From contig CAIIXF020000001.1 in the NCBI GenBank assembly GCA_903813345.2, positions 24,056,001 to 24,120,000 of the forward strand: a stretch of DNA of 64,000 nt, written 5' to 3'. The notes below the pieces were generated by a model. It had not been told where the DNA came from. It saw only the letters and a list, made by a program, of their open reading frames with translations, and made no database searches. Position 1 is the stretch's first letter. Each line of letters opens with the position of its first letter. This stretch comes from Owenia fusiformis (lineage: Eukaryota). Shown here one piece after another: positions 1 to 14,041 of this stretch. The translations under genes were made by a program, and so were the position numbers.

Positions 1-767
1 TATTGAACGAGAAACTCACCTTTACATATTGCTGAGGCAGCATCCACTCTAAGATACTTAACTCCAAATATTACACAGAGAAAAAATAAATTCATTGTTG
101 TATTTACAATTTCATACAATGTATTTTAAAAAGTGACCCTTACTGTAGAAATATTTTGATGAGCACTTAATGTGTATTAATGTGTCCTTTGACATTCATG
201 ATCTCTACTCATATTCACGCTCACAATACACCTAGTGTGCAAACATCCTTAAAGGCTATTGTTTTGAAATTATGGATTACATCCTTATATCAAGAACAAT
301 AAAGGATTTTTGGATTATGATAAATTGAAATTGGCATTCAAATTGACCTGAATAAAATCAACCAAAACTAATATTTCTCAATAAAAATACATTTTGAAAT
401 CAACTGTCAGATATTTTGCTTTACAATTTTTTTTAGCGAATGGTAATATACAGTAGTCAGGGCCTTTAAGGAAGATTTGAATTCGATTGCCATTCAGAAT
501 TGCCTTGTATGTTTCAAATAGCAAAATAATAACTACTGACATGATGAATAAATTAATTTTAAAAACTATTTTATTTTACTAAAGTGTCATTAAATTTCTC
601 TCAATGTAAGAAGGAAATAAATCAAAATGGCAAAGTTGGGTTGGTCAAGAGCCTTAAACATACAATCTGGACTTTAAAGGCCGAGGTTTTGAAAAATGAG
701 TAAACTAAGACTCATAACATGTATTTTAAGCCTTTTATTTTGAGTAAATTCTCGTTTTTCTTTTCAG

Positions 768-3700
768 ACCAACACCAGAAAGAAGTTTATGGAATGGATG
801 GATGAGGAGCTACTCCCTGTCATGTTTGCAGATGTCGACTATAAAGGGGACAAACTCACCTGGAAGGACCAGTTGTACATGGAGGACCTTGCCAACTTCA
901 GAGTAGGACCTATGAGACTGAGACAGTTACGACAGAAGGAAGGTATATGACTGTGCACTCTAAAGTTGTTTTAAATTGTTGAAATGTTTAATGGCACTTT
1001 GAAAAAATATTCGCACTACATGTATGTTTTTTATTATTTTTTATTGCGCTTTTATATACTTCCTCTTTTATACTTCCTTTAGTGCATTTGTTAAATTTCC
1101 ATATATTTTGCTATGGCCTCTTGTGTATCTGTTGAAATTGAAATTAGTTAAGAATAAGGAATCTCAAGACTTGCCTTTCAACTTACTCCAATGTAAAACA
1201 AGAGTACATGTATTGTTAATGTTATATTACTCATACAAACTCTTCCCATAGTAACAACTGGTGCTAGGTATTTATTAATGGCAATGATTCATTTCAATTG
1301 GCAAAATATAACATGTTGACTAGGAAGGTTATAACTTATAAATGATACCCATTGTTTAATATGTGTTTCTAGATTTAAGTGAACCTAATACCCTGGAGCC
1401 AAATGTGGTTGTTAATACCACCGATGGAACACCAACATGTGAAAGAGCAAAATATGGCTGGTACGAGTTTGGCAATGAAGAAGATAGAGACTTTTGTCTG
1501 GGTTGGAAGTCTCAGCCCTGTCCCCCTGCGGAGGCTCCCTATAGCTGGTCATCACCTGCTTGGAACTACACATCTGCCTTTGATGTCTGGGGTATCCCAA
1601 TCCTTGGTTTGGTAGACACCTACAGTGGTGGTGGATACATAGCTACCTTGGATACCACATACCCTATTGCTAGACTGACTCTCAATGAAATGTGGAAGAA
1701 CTTTTGGATTGATCGTCAAACCAGAGTTGTGTTCATTGAGTTTACTGTATATAATGCCAACATCAATATCTTCACAGTAGTAACCTTGATGGCTGAGTTC
1801 CCTGCCAGTGGGGGTATCATACCCTATGCTACTCTGCACTCGTTCAGGCTCTATATGCATGAGGGTGCACAAGGACTGTACAATCTGGCCTGCGAAATCA
1901 TATTCATTATATTCCTGGGGTACCTCATATACCAGCAGTTCAATGTGTGTAGGCGTGTAGGACGTAAGGGCTATTTCAGCGCAGGCTGGCACGTTTTTGA
2001 TTTCCTCACCATCATTGGATCCTTGATTGCGATTGTGATGTACTTCATGCGCTACGCTATGACAAGAGAGACGATGAACAAGTTTGCTGAGGACCCTAAG
2101 GCATTTGTTGACTTCAACCATATCGCCCAGTGGGACCAGATCTTAGGCTGGACTGTTGCTTTCCTGGTGTTCTTCTTCACGTGCAAGTTCCTGCGTATCT
2201 TGAGATTTAACAAGCGCATGGGATGGTTAAGTGCAGTCCTCTCTGCTGCTTCAAAAGATCTTGCCAACTTCTCATTCATTTTCTTTGTTATGCTATTCGG
2301 GTTTACTACATTTGCTTATGTTGTATTCGGGCAACATGTCAAGGGTTTCTCAACAATGGGCCGATCAGTTGGAAGTTTGTTGGCTCACATTCTTGGAGAT
2401 ATCCAATATGAGGACATTGTCACAGTCAACGTTGGACTTGCTCAGTTCTTCTTCCTCTTCTTCACTGGTCTCTTCACCATGGTTCTCATTCATATGTTCA
2501 TCTGCATCGTGAATATTGCCATCTACACTGTGAAGAAGAACACTAAGATGGTCCCAAATGAGTATGAGGTGATTGACTACATCTTGGAAAGCTTTGGAGA
2601 ATGGGCTAATATAAAGTGGCTTATGCCAAAGAGACCAAAGAAGAAAAGAGGTTTGAGATGTTTTTATTATTAATATTAGTGTTGGTTTTAAGAGACAATG
2701 CATGTAAACAGGTTGTATTCCTTTAAAAGTTATGTATGAAATTGTATAAAATGATAACCAAAAAACAATAACCAAGTTTAAAATTGAATGATTCATATGG
2801 TATTTCTTGAACCATGCCATTGTATTATACATTATTTCAAAGATAAATCATTTCATTACAATATGACACCATCCGATTGAAAGACTTTTGTTTTCTTGTG
2901 GAGTTGGAGATTACAATTGATACAAGGGGTATTCATCTTTATGGTTATTGTTTTTTGGCCCACCCTGTATATCTGAATATTTTCTGTACTGGTATTGCTT
3001 AAACGACCCATAAATTACAGATTTCACCTTTTGTCACTCATGTGTTTTTAAAGGGTGACGCATATCGTTTAGCAAATCGAACGCTCGTTTCTGGTGTTGC
3101 TCACCGTTTAGTATAAAAGGCCCGATCCCGGAATAATACTCAAGGGTTCACAGGTTCGAGGTCGTTGTGTCAAAAACATCTAACTGTTATATAGCATAAG
3201 TATATTATAGATCGTCACACATTTATAAAAGGGTGATTTTTATTTTGACAAATCAATTCCACATTTATGGGTGAAGTTTCAGGATCTTCTATTTGTGTAT
3301 AATAAGGAATAATTGGCATCTTAATTTCCCCATAACGTAATAGCACACAGCTTGGCATATGAAATATGCTACAAATGAAACAAAGCAAGGCAAACCGGTT
3401 TCTAATACAAGAATTTATATTGGCTGTTGTACATGTATTATTTGAACGCAATCACTCTTTGGATAACGTTTTCAAAATCATTATAAACGGATAACTTTAT
3501 CTCAAAGACAATTTTAATAAACTGGATTTTACAGAACTCCCCTTATTTCTAAAAAATGGACTGATCCAGTTGATTCGCCTGGAACCCTTTAAAGGAGGGG
3601 CTGTCATATTGAATTTAAGATTCCTAAATGGCTACCACAACTCAATTGAACATCATTTGCACAAATAGGAGAAAATACAGAAAATCTACCATAAATTCTG

Positions 3701-4143
3701 TATTGATTCTATCATTTTTTAATCTTGAGAAATGTTAACATATCATTAACTAGTAGAATAAAAAAACAAATAGATAGAGTGAATAATTGGCCTTATCAAT
3801 GAATTGTGGAATAATTTTAGATGGTTATGATCCAGACTCTGTAGAAGCTCTAAAGGAGAGACGCACCAAGGTACTCTGTGAGTTAATGGTCCAACAATGG
3901 GTTGACATTCTCCATAAGGTGGACTTTGAGACAAAGCAATATGTAATGAAGGTAGATGAGTTAGCAAATAGAAGTCCAAAAGATCCAACATCACCTACTA
4001 CATCTACAGAGGAAAATGGCTCCAAACAGGAGGATAACAACAGAGGAAAAGAGAGCAATGATGTGAAAAAGGATGACAATATTTCTTTGATATCTGAGAG
4101 TGTTTCTAGAGAAGGTACTGGACTTGCAGAAGTTGAAACTTAA
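768..4143 (+). CDS. Polycystin (PKD1-like) cation channel gene, last three exons; 5' part lies outside the window
   Basis: GT-AG exons 768-942, 1373-2650 and 3821-4143 join in frame. Translation has the polycystin TOP-domain motifs RLRQLR, YSGGGY and WIDRQTRVVFIEFTVYNANINIF, then hydrophobic segments, the S4-like KFLRILRFNKR, a pore region and a short tail with no obvious EF hand (more PKD1L-like than PKD2-like). Confidence 0.88.
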
Positions 4144-5091
4144 ATGTTGAAAAGGGTAGTCAGTTCTTAGTTCTCGTTGAGTTGAGAGATTTAATTTAAA
4201 CTGAAAGTGTGAAGACGAAGCTCTCTTTTAAGAAGTGAAGTTGAACGAATGCAAAGGATTAAGTATACTGTAATTAATTTGAACCATGTAAATGTCTTAG
4301 ATGTCTTAATTAAGAAGTTCTATCATTTCCAAATTCCTACATATTGAAATATGTCTTGAACATGATCAAGTTGAATATATGTTAGTTCCCTTCTATGGTG
4401 TGGTATTGTTATTTTTGAATTTTTAAAATTATTTTATCAACAATTTCAACTTGTCTCTTATCTATTGAAACTAAAAACTGTATAATATTATAGCAAAGTA
4501 GTAACATTTTATTTTATATTAAAATTAATTGTACATATACATTTAGATTTATTTTTTGAAAAAATAATTGTGGCCATCAAATAATAGGTAAAAATTCTGA
4601 TTTCATGAAAATTACAATTCTCAAAAATATCTTGTCAACAATTGTCAATAATTTTTAAAATATTATTGTAAATATCACATCATGTCAACATATACTTTGA
4701 TCTCTACTTTAGCTAACTATTTTTCTGACAAATAAATAACTATTTTTTTCTCCACAAATATTTATAGTCAATGCATTTTGTTGTATCTGAGTTGAATATA
4801 TTGTAGTTTTCCCTTGTATTATTGCACAGTTCTGTCATCCCCATCTAATACTGCTTGCAATACAGAGTATCAATCAATTTAATTTTAAATGAACACCCTG
4901 AATATACATTGTTCATCTGTAATGCTGTTAAGGGGACCTATTCCTCCATTTTATGCAGGATCATTACATTGCATTATATTTATCAAACTCATTCTTATTA
5001 TTGGCAATGCAATATCCATGCATTTAATGCAATACTAATGATATCACTGGTTCCCAACATCTGTGAACTCTCACCTTGACTCTGTGTAATG

Positions 5092-8000
5092 TTAGTGTGT
5101 TACAGAGTCCATGGTTACCTCTGCATCAACAAATCCCATGGCCATATTGTCATTTGATTTTGACCTAGATTTGGTTATTACAAAAACAATAAGTCCCCCA
5201 ATTATAACTCCAAAGAGTGCTGTTCCAACTGATATACCTACAACTGCACCTGGAAATAGAAATATTATTCATTTCAATGCAGTTCTGAGCTTCCATAAAG
5301 AATTGGAAAAACATTTGGGCAAAAGTCATTTCAATATTTGAACCTGTACTCTTAAAGGCGCACTTTGGGAATTTTCAACATTTTTGGGCAAAATAAAGAC
5401 TTACATTTAAATTTCATAGTATGTCCGATGTGTTGATAAGAACCTTATCTTTCATTTGACACCAACAACAGCTCAAATGGACCACATCAAAGCTTACAAT
5501 AAATTATCAAAAAATATTTTCGATCTGTCAAGCTTTATATATCAAGTTTTATCGATGTCATTGAAAGATGGCAAACTTGTTTGATACATTCATTTTATAG
5601 AAGTGTCGCCATCTTTTAAATCAATAGTAATTTAAAACATGCACTTTGTTTAACATGTGCATGCATGTCTAATGACCTCTGAACTACAAATGTTTTTTTT
5701 CTATGCGAGTTACTTTTTTCTTGGTTATTAAAGCAAATCAAACTTTGTGTCATATTTGAGTTAGTGTGTAACACATTTCAATGATTCCTTTTTTCTTCTA
5801 AATTAACTATAGTGCAGCTTTAAAATAATATTTGAAATATTGGCAAATATTATCATGAAAGTTATAAGAAACTTCAGAATGTATGTATCTACCTAAATGA
5901 AATACATTAAACCTGTGTAAGTGGAATGCATTTGGTACCTAGAAGTAATGTTCCATTTATTGGGAGGTGTTCCCCTTGCAGAGGTTCATTTTACATAAAG
6001 CTAAGGGGTATGTATTTCACTTATGAAAGTGTTTCACTTACATAAGTTATCTATTTTTACTGCTCATGTCTGAGATATTAAGGCTGATTAATTGATCATT
6101 AAAATAATGCAGGGTGTCAAATGAATAGTTTCAAGAGAATGAACTTTTGTGCACAAAATGCATCTAGTTGGACTAGTCATCTGAAACCTTTTGTAGAGTT
6201 ACTCCATGTAGCCTGTTTTGATGTGCTAAAGAACAATTCAGATATCAAGTATACAAAAGTTATGCAACATTATTTTGATGTTTCATCCAAGGAGGGGAGA
6301 ACATATTTATTTGACACCCTGTAGAATAATTTATTTAATGATAATTTATGTTGTCATTATTACCTATTTGTAAATTAGCTCCTCCCTTTGTTCTTTTCAC
6401 AGCTTTTGGTGGAGGAATGTAGGCATTCCCATTTGGTAAAAATGTTCCTGAAAACAAGACAAAATTTTGCATCTAAAAGAAGTGTTAAATCTATATGACA
6501 TTAGAGACCAATTAATAGGTGAAAAGTCACAGAATCATAAAATACAAAAAATAACTTGACATTAACTATAATTTTGTCTAGGATTGCTCTCTATATCCAT
6601 ATGCACTGATCAACAAGAAATACTTACTTGTATAGTGAAGACATGTCAGTGAACTATCATTTGTCATCTGACTAGGATTTTCCCTTTGCAAATAATCACT
6701 AGTTATAACACACACTGGGCAATAGTCAAAGCCTTTACAGTTTAGCCCCAGTTGCTCCACACACTGCTGGGCACAGGCAGCTGCAGAAAGACCTTGGAAT
6801 ACAATCTTGTTCTTCAAGCTTATCTGCCCAGTCTGGGTCTGTTTAAAGTCATCTATGTATTTCTCTACAAACATAAAACAAGGCATGCTCCTGAAAACAT
6901 CCAACAAATAAAGGAGAACTGTACATGCAATACAGGCAAACAGTACTAAAAACTGGAATACCTTGTGCAAGTTGGTATGGTTGTGTTACCTTTCAAAATT
7001 AATTGTATGTTTGTTGTTTAGGCTATGCAATGCTACAATCAAACTTATGCACGTTTATTCCTCAAATTTTCGAATTGCAAACATTCTGATCTGGGTGTAC
7101 CTACTTGAATAATAGTCACAGGATGGATCTGATACCACACTAGTGTCTGGGAGGTCAAATATATGTCCTTTCTTTATGAGGCATTTTTGAGTTTCCTCAC
7201 AGAATTCAAATGATTTACACTGTTCATATTTTTGGATACACTGGCCTGCACATGCCTGTGCTGTAGCTACAGCAGTAATGGTGGCATCAGCCTTGACTTG
7301 GATTACTTTACCAGGCAACTTGTTGAATTTGTATAGATAGTCCCCTGAAACAAAGATGATGTTTTATTTTGTGCATAATTTAGTCTCTGTGAAGGAATTT
7401 GCCATGTTGATACCACAGTCTCTTTAAACATGTATTTTATAGCTAGACTGGAGCATGCAATGCATTCTAGCAATTTTAGCTATTGTATCTTTGAAGCTAT
7501 CCTGAAAATGTACATTTATAAGATAGTACTGTTAAAAAAATATAAATATCCCAATTTTATTTCCTTCACCCTACCTTCACTTCGTGTCAGGTGTATAAGG
7601 TGGTCAAAAGTGTTTGGAACAATTTAACAAATATCCCTTACTTGCATACAATGTACATGATGAAATATCTTTGATTTGATCTGGAGAGTCATCAGGGTGT
7701 TCATCTGACAGTACACACAGTCCAATTGTAGGACAGAAGTCGAAGGCCTTGCATTCTAGTGAGCTATCAGTTACACAATATTGGGCACATTCATCTAATG
7801 ACACTTGGGAGTTGATAGTCACTGCCCCAGCAGTTTTCAAACTCTTCCCAGCCATCGCCTTGAACTGTGTGAGGTATTTACCTAATACAAATAATATTCC
7901 CTGTATGTATAAGAATCTTAAACAACATTTTAAGCACATTGTATCTCGTTAGATGCTTGAGATTTATATGACTGGTTGTGCTCTAAAATGTTCTTTTCTC

Positions 8001-11000
8001 TTTTTGTCACTTGGGCTTACATATTTCCATCTCACTGACATCTTGTTTTACATTATTGTTAGGATCTGTAAGAGGTTGGGATGTGTTTTCCTTTTTTGCC
8101 TTTTATGCTAAATTATCCTATTACCGGTATTTACAACTACTTTGGAAGGTTATTTATTTTCCTTGTTGAGACTCTTGTATAATGCACCATAATATTTATA
8201 TAAAATTCAACAAACCAGTAGATTCTGCTGTTGATTTTCTCTTGAAATCCTCTGTTAAAGACATTGCCATGTAAGATATTCCCTGGAAAATAGTTTACAA
8301 ATCCTCAAAATTAAGTACAGTGTTGTCATTGTTTTTCTTGTTTTATTGCTCTAATTCAACTATCATTTACTCCTCTCACCTTGTATATTATGTTGATTTG
8401 TTTTGCATATATAGCTGTTTTGAGATCTCTGAAGGCATCATTTAGCTGCTTTTCATATGATCCTGTCGAATTTACATTCCCTGGGAAAAAAACAAGTAAA
8501 TTCAACAATTTTTGGAGATAAATGAATTTTATGAAATATTAAGAGATTTGAGGGAGTAGCAGTTCATCCAAAAGTCAATGCTCAAAGAGCAATTAAAGAG
8601 AATATGTTTTTATATGATCCAAATGAATTCATGAATAGTGAAGAGGGGGGAGGTACGACATTGTTACACAGTATTCTAGATGATTAGTAGTGATACTTGG
8701 GATTTACTTCTTATGACCAATTGTACATTGTACTCCTATCGTCCCATTGCTACCTGCGCATTTTAGTCTTCAGACTTGGATTTGGTCATTTGTATCTTTT
8801 GATTTTTCAAGTTTTTCCCATCACACACTACATACTGACATTCTTATGGATCAAAGTACAGTGTTGATGAGAACCTATGTAGTTCAAATAACTGATTGTA
8901 TTATGTTGCTATACTCACTTGAGAATCTGTAGCAAGTTGGATAATCAGTGTCTGTTCCAGATGATATCTCCCCATAATGACTTCCACTGAGATAGCACTC
9001 AAAGGTGACATTGCAGTAATCAAACCCATTGCACTCCACATTGTTGTAGCTTTTGTCTCTGTTCTCGTAGCACAATGCGGAACACTCTTCCAGTGTTACA
9101 TTAGTAACCTTAACCTTGGACAGCTTAGCACTGTTGCCTGGGAGTTGACTGAACATTGCTGAAATACAGAAGAGTGTTATTGATCATATTAGAAAGAATT
9201 CAAGATTAAGGTATTTGCATGATGAGAATTATAATTGTATTTTTCATGATTTCCTATAATTAATGAATTTGGTAAAATTCCATGTGGATATTTAGTATTA
9301 CCCATTATGGTAGAATAAGTAATTCAAAATATTCAATAAAAATATTTCCATTGAAATGGCATTGTCCCAAATTTGGATTTTAAACTTTTTTGGACTGTGT
9401 GGAACTCCCTTAATGAGGAGCATTTGTCTTGTTTGGAAAAAATCAGCTGAAACTACAGACACATGCTTTTGATTCCATACTTCCAAGATTGTATTACCTG
9501 ATGTTGGTGGTCTGTCATGCAGTGATGTGGTTACATATACATTATCCTTGTCATAATCAACTTCTAGCCTGTGGAACCTCAATGGACCAATCTTTGTTGT
9601 GTTACTGATTTGTTCAATGAAGCTTGCCTTAAACTCTTCAACATTGTCCCGGATGGTGCTAGTTGCTCCTGTTGGAATAAACAAAGCAATGAGTGACTAA
9701 AACTTGAAAACACTGCAAAGAATCCCAGTAGAGTTTGACATTTTTATAACATACAGACAATGCTTAAAATAAGGAAGAGCAGTGTACTTACCCCCTGTTA
9801 GCCTAACAACAATGTCTTTGGAGTGTACTTACCCCCTGTTAGCCTAACAACAATGTCTTTGCAGTGTACTTACCCCCTGTTAGCCTAACAACAATGTCTT
9901 TCTTCTGGTCCTGAGTAAAGCACTCATCCACATCGAATACAGCAAGACCAGACTTAAGGGAGTTATCGAAGTTGAAGAAATTGTAGGTGCCATGGAACCC
10001 AGCCTTAAAACATAAGCATAGACGTATACCTTTGATTTATTTATGAGGTCTTTAGCGGGGTTGCCCATATGCCATGGACCTCATATAAGAGAACCGAGAA
10101 AAATTTGACCGCAACAAGGACATGAGAAAGAAATGTATGGTAAGTATTCAATTAAGAACCAGTTTAAGGTATGACATGTATTTTAACATGCATTGATGTG
10201 TTACTTACTTGTCTTATCCATATATCGAGAGACAGAGGGTAGTTCATGCTAACTTTGGATCCAGTACCAATCTCCAACCAATTGGCCTACAAATGTAATT
10301 TACAGTCTGATCTGTACATAATGATGTGTCATGAAATGAGTCAGTTTTAAATACCTGTCAACCAGAACATTGCAGAGACATATGAATATTTCTTGCCAGT
10401 TCCCTAGTGTGAATAAATGGTGAGATTAAGCTTCGCGTTTTCTGGAGGACGTGTACACGAACGTGAAATATTACGATCCTATGGATTACTGCCCCATGTC
10501 AATTTGTTTTTCCAGGGACATAATTACAACTATGTTACTCATACCTTTTAACAATCAATCGGGCAAGTAAATATTACGAAGGGAGAACTAGTGCCTGGAT
10601 GAAAATAATTTTACACGTTCACGCGCACGTTCTCTTGAAACGTGTAGCTTTACCTCCCATCTGAAAGTGACTGAATTGGGCATGTACAATGTACATACAT
10701 GTATATTTCAATTTGGAATATTTTAATCTTGCATCCTATAGCTAATTATTTCTGTCTATAAGACCATTGTTGAGTGTATACGTGATGGAAACTTACTGCC
10801 AAGAAGCAAAATTCAAATGTCGCAGTGGCTGGAAGCATTTGGCCAGGTAGACGATAATCATCTCGTGTTGATATAAAAGCGTTACATGGTAGGCCTCGGA
10901 TCACTCTCTGCAACAAACATTTATTTGGTTCTTAGGCTGTGAAATACATGTGAATCAATACCTAGAATATATCATAGATGTGATTTGATCAAATACAGTA

Positions 11001-13814
11001 GTTGGTCTGGTCTGATCTGATCTGAGAGCTCGCATGACATGATCACATATCCTCTAAAGAAATCCATGCCATAATATAGGGGTATTCTGATGTAGCAACA
11101 TACCTTTCCTGTGAAGATATATGAATCATCGAGGTAGAATAGCTGGTTAGGTCCCCGCATATCTCTCACGTAGTCCTTATCCTCAAGGATCTCCCTCAGA
11201 CTTGGTTGCTTTGTATCAAACGATCGACTTCCCAGTGCTTCTATTTTACACCGCCCGGTTGCTCTGTCTTTCTTATAGGCTACACCTATATGCAAAATAG
11301 AGATACATTATATACAAAAGTCTGGACAAAGCTTACCGTCGAGACATATCCACAATCACTGGGTCGAAAAATAGCTAGATTGACCACAAAAAGCAAATCA
11401 TTGACGTGGTGGAGCAGCGGGTCAATAATGACGAAAGTGATTCGAAAATGTATGGCCACGTCTGCCACTTCATAGTATACTCATTTTCTCAATGAAAGCA
11501 CGCTGATTGGCCTTTCCAATGATTTTTTCCTTTTTAATGTACACCTGTTTCAAATAAACGCCCATGGTCGAGATGGCGAGTCTTAAGTAATACTTATTTT
11601 CAGATGTCATGTGACCATGTGTGACAGCCATCAGACATTGTCATGTAGTACCTGTATTGAAATCATGGACCTCTGTCAATGCTGTTGGATATTTAGCTTC
11701 TCCCTTGAACCCAAAGTCAAACCTCAACAATCTGCTATCAAAATCATACCACACCTAAAATGAGACACAATAGTTGTTGTTAGTTCATATATATCATGAA
11801 ATATCAAACTGGAGTGGTCTATAAAGTTGAAGTAACTATCAAGATTAATAAATACGAAAAAGACTTGGAGCTTGTACCAGCATATGTTTACCTCTGCATT
11901 TTCAATGATATTTCTGTCTGTTAGGAGAATCTCCTCGTTGAATCGGAATGATGCCCCCAACTGCGGTACTTTCAGAGTTGATGTCCTCCCAGCACAGTAT
12001 ACACCCGAAGGAGTCTGAAAATGAAACGTCTAAATGTAATTTGATCGAAATTGCATTTTATCATACTCCATTGTTCCCCACATCAAGCATCTAAATCTAG
12101 ATTCAAAACTACAATAGCACACCGTATAGATTATCATGGACTGTAAGTTCCCGAGATTGCAGTGTATATTATACGCCACGGTTGTCCAGAGAATAAAAGA
12201 CCCACGCGCCTCTTCTTCAAGACCAGAAACCAGAAGTTATAATTACATGTATTATGGTGAGAAATACCTACTTGATACACTGCTTCATCTATGGATGGAT
12301 AATCCTTAAAGAGAACAAAGTCATACATGTGATTGAATTCCTCACCATCTTCTCCATTACGTCCCATTATTACCGCCCTTACTGGGAATTGGGATCCAGG
12401 AGTCGCTGATTCCGCGTCCGACCAGTTCGCCGCTGTAACATGTAAAGTTAATAGAAATTCAGTCCTTTCTTCTAGTAATGCCCTCATTTAAAAATCTGAC
12501 TCCAAGTATGGAAGGGAGAAACGGGAGAGAATGAACGTTAACGTTTACTAAATATTAGACTAGATACAGTCTCACAATTTTAGACATTTAACGTCTTATA
12601 TCAGTTATCTTTCTAAGACACTTTGCGATGTTTGTATTTCTTTTGCAATTTAGATTGGCTATGCATTTACTCATATTAAGGTTCTTGCCTGTGAAATAGT
12701 AATCAACTGTGAACGTGGTCGTGTAGCCTTCTCTTTCCCACTGGTGACAACTTTGCCAATGGTTGACAGGCATACCTCGCACCCTCTCCAAACCAATATA
12801 TTTCTGAACAAAAAACAAGGATTCGTATTTGGCAGGTTTGAAAACAAACATGAATGTCAGTCCTCCAACCAAAGTACGTTTACGTTTAGTTATAGATTTG
12901 GTAATGTAATTTGTAATGGTACAAATGCAAGTAACGGCTTAAATAATGGAATTACGTCTATAAATCCAAATAAATGTGATTGCCGCAATACCTGTCCATA
13001 TTCCGGTCCAAACTTCAAAGCCCCCTTGGAGGAATAGACTGGATTGGTTGTTGTACTCCCCATTTCCATAAACAATCTGGCAAAATCAGTCTCATTCAGT
13101 TGTTGAACACCGCAATTCGTACCTGCAATTGAAGATTCAGTTAAATAAATAATGATTCGGTGTTAGGAAGAATGATTTCACTACTCTCATTAACGTGTAA
13201 ATAGATCGCATGAAGTAATACATACCAAACACATTGAAGAGCTCGTTGGTAGGGAAATTGATGATAGACATCGTATCCTGGCCACCCTGGGTCATCCGGA
13301 TTGAAGCTCTTTGGTTCCTTCCATCAAAGTACTGCTCAACATCCATGGCACGGCCCCTGTTGAGAATCTTCATTTCTACTTTAGTATAGAAGCTAGGAGG
13401 AAGTGCGGGTAGAGGAGGACCTTTGTTACGGGAAAATTCAGTCAAATTAGGAAATAAGTACAGAAATGTTTTCCTTGCACCAGTTGAAGTCACATTCTAT
13501 TATTATTAACAAGGTCAGAAAATTATGATTAACAACTTGCTATGTGATATAGTTATAATGACTGACTCAGTTAATATTTAATGTATGGTTATATACCGAA
13601 AGTGTATGCCACTTTATCCCAGTCTCAAATTCCATATTTATTACTTAATTTTTTTATGTTATAGTAATTGAACCAGAGACTTCTACGGCTTACCCGTTGT
13701 GGGCTGGCCAGGTGGTATCTTGTTGCAGTATGGAAGTAGTTGGCCTCCCACGTTTTGTATCACCAAAGGCATCAATACCAAGGAAAAGCACGCCCATAAC
13801 ATTCGCCGGCCCAT
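5092..13814 (-). CDS. Type I membrane protein (~995 aa): signal peptide, two ependymin-related/LolA-like repeats, four PAN/apple domains, TM helix, short cytoplasmic tail
   Basis: 20 exons join in frame (2988 nt): 13694-13814, 13226-13420, 12992-13122, 12689-12803 (GC donor), 12272-12432, 11892-12014, 11652-11754, 11104-11285, 10797-10907, 10209-10286, 9874-10003, 9498-9668, 8919-9158, 8380-8480, 8216-8282, 7642-7881, 7105-7344, 6628-6864, 6364-6447, 5092-5249. Signal MGRRMLWACFSLVLMPLVIQNVGG; repeat motifs YFDGRNQRASIR / WYDFDSRLLRFD and VRGMPVNHW / IRGLPCNAF; four 237-240 nt phase 1-1 exons with CAxxC...CxxFD/EY/FC...C PAN pattern; TM VVGISVGTALFGVIIGGLIVFVI. Confidence 0.8.
5356..5819. mobile_element. 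Non-autonomous DNA transposon (MITE) with TTAA target site, Kolobok/piggyBac-like
   Basis: TTAA|AGGCGCACT ... AGTGCAGCT|TTAA short imperfect TIRs inside an intron. Confidence 0.5.
9781..9901. repeat. 41-bp x3 tandem repeat containing an exon end and its 5' splice site
   Basis: Unit AGTGTACTTACCCCCTGTTAGCCTAACAACAATGTCTTTG; on the minus strand each copy reads ...CTAACAGGGG|GTAAGTACACT. Confidence 0.9.
10427..10652. mobile_element. MITE with ~45-bp imperfect TIRs
   Basis: TAAGCTTCGCGTTTTCTGGAGGACGTGTACACGAACGTG is the approximate inverse of CACGTTCACGCGCACGTTCTCTTGAAACGTGTAGCTTTA. Confidence 0.55.
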
Positions 13815-14041
13815 GCTTCAGACACTTCAAGAAAGCCTTAGTGATATTATAGTAATTTAGGAATTTTATCTAGGAATTTAACAAGTAGCTTACATTTATA
13901 TTATTTGATGTTATTTATTATAAATATGTATTTTGATAAATCATACAATAAATCATAAATTCATTTAGTGATTTATGTAGTTGTTCAAAATTTGATTCTG
14001 CCATGAAGTCAATTCCAGGTGACTGTCTAGTATGTCTAGTG

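Noticed and set aside
253-465. Possible TTAA-flanked MITE (TTAAAGGC...GCCTTTAA)
   Set aside because: Inverted match too short to separate from chance without other copies; the same applies to about 3141-3592.
1552-2832. Minus-strand ORFs of 189 and 155 aa
   Set aside because: Antisense shadows of the polycystin exon.
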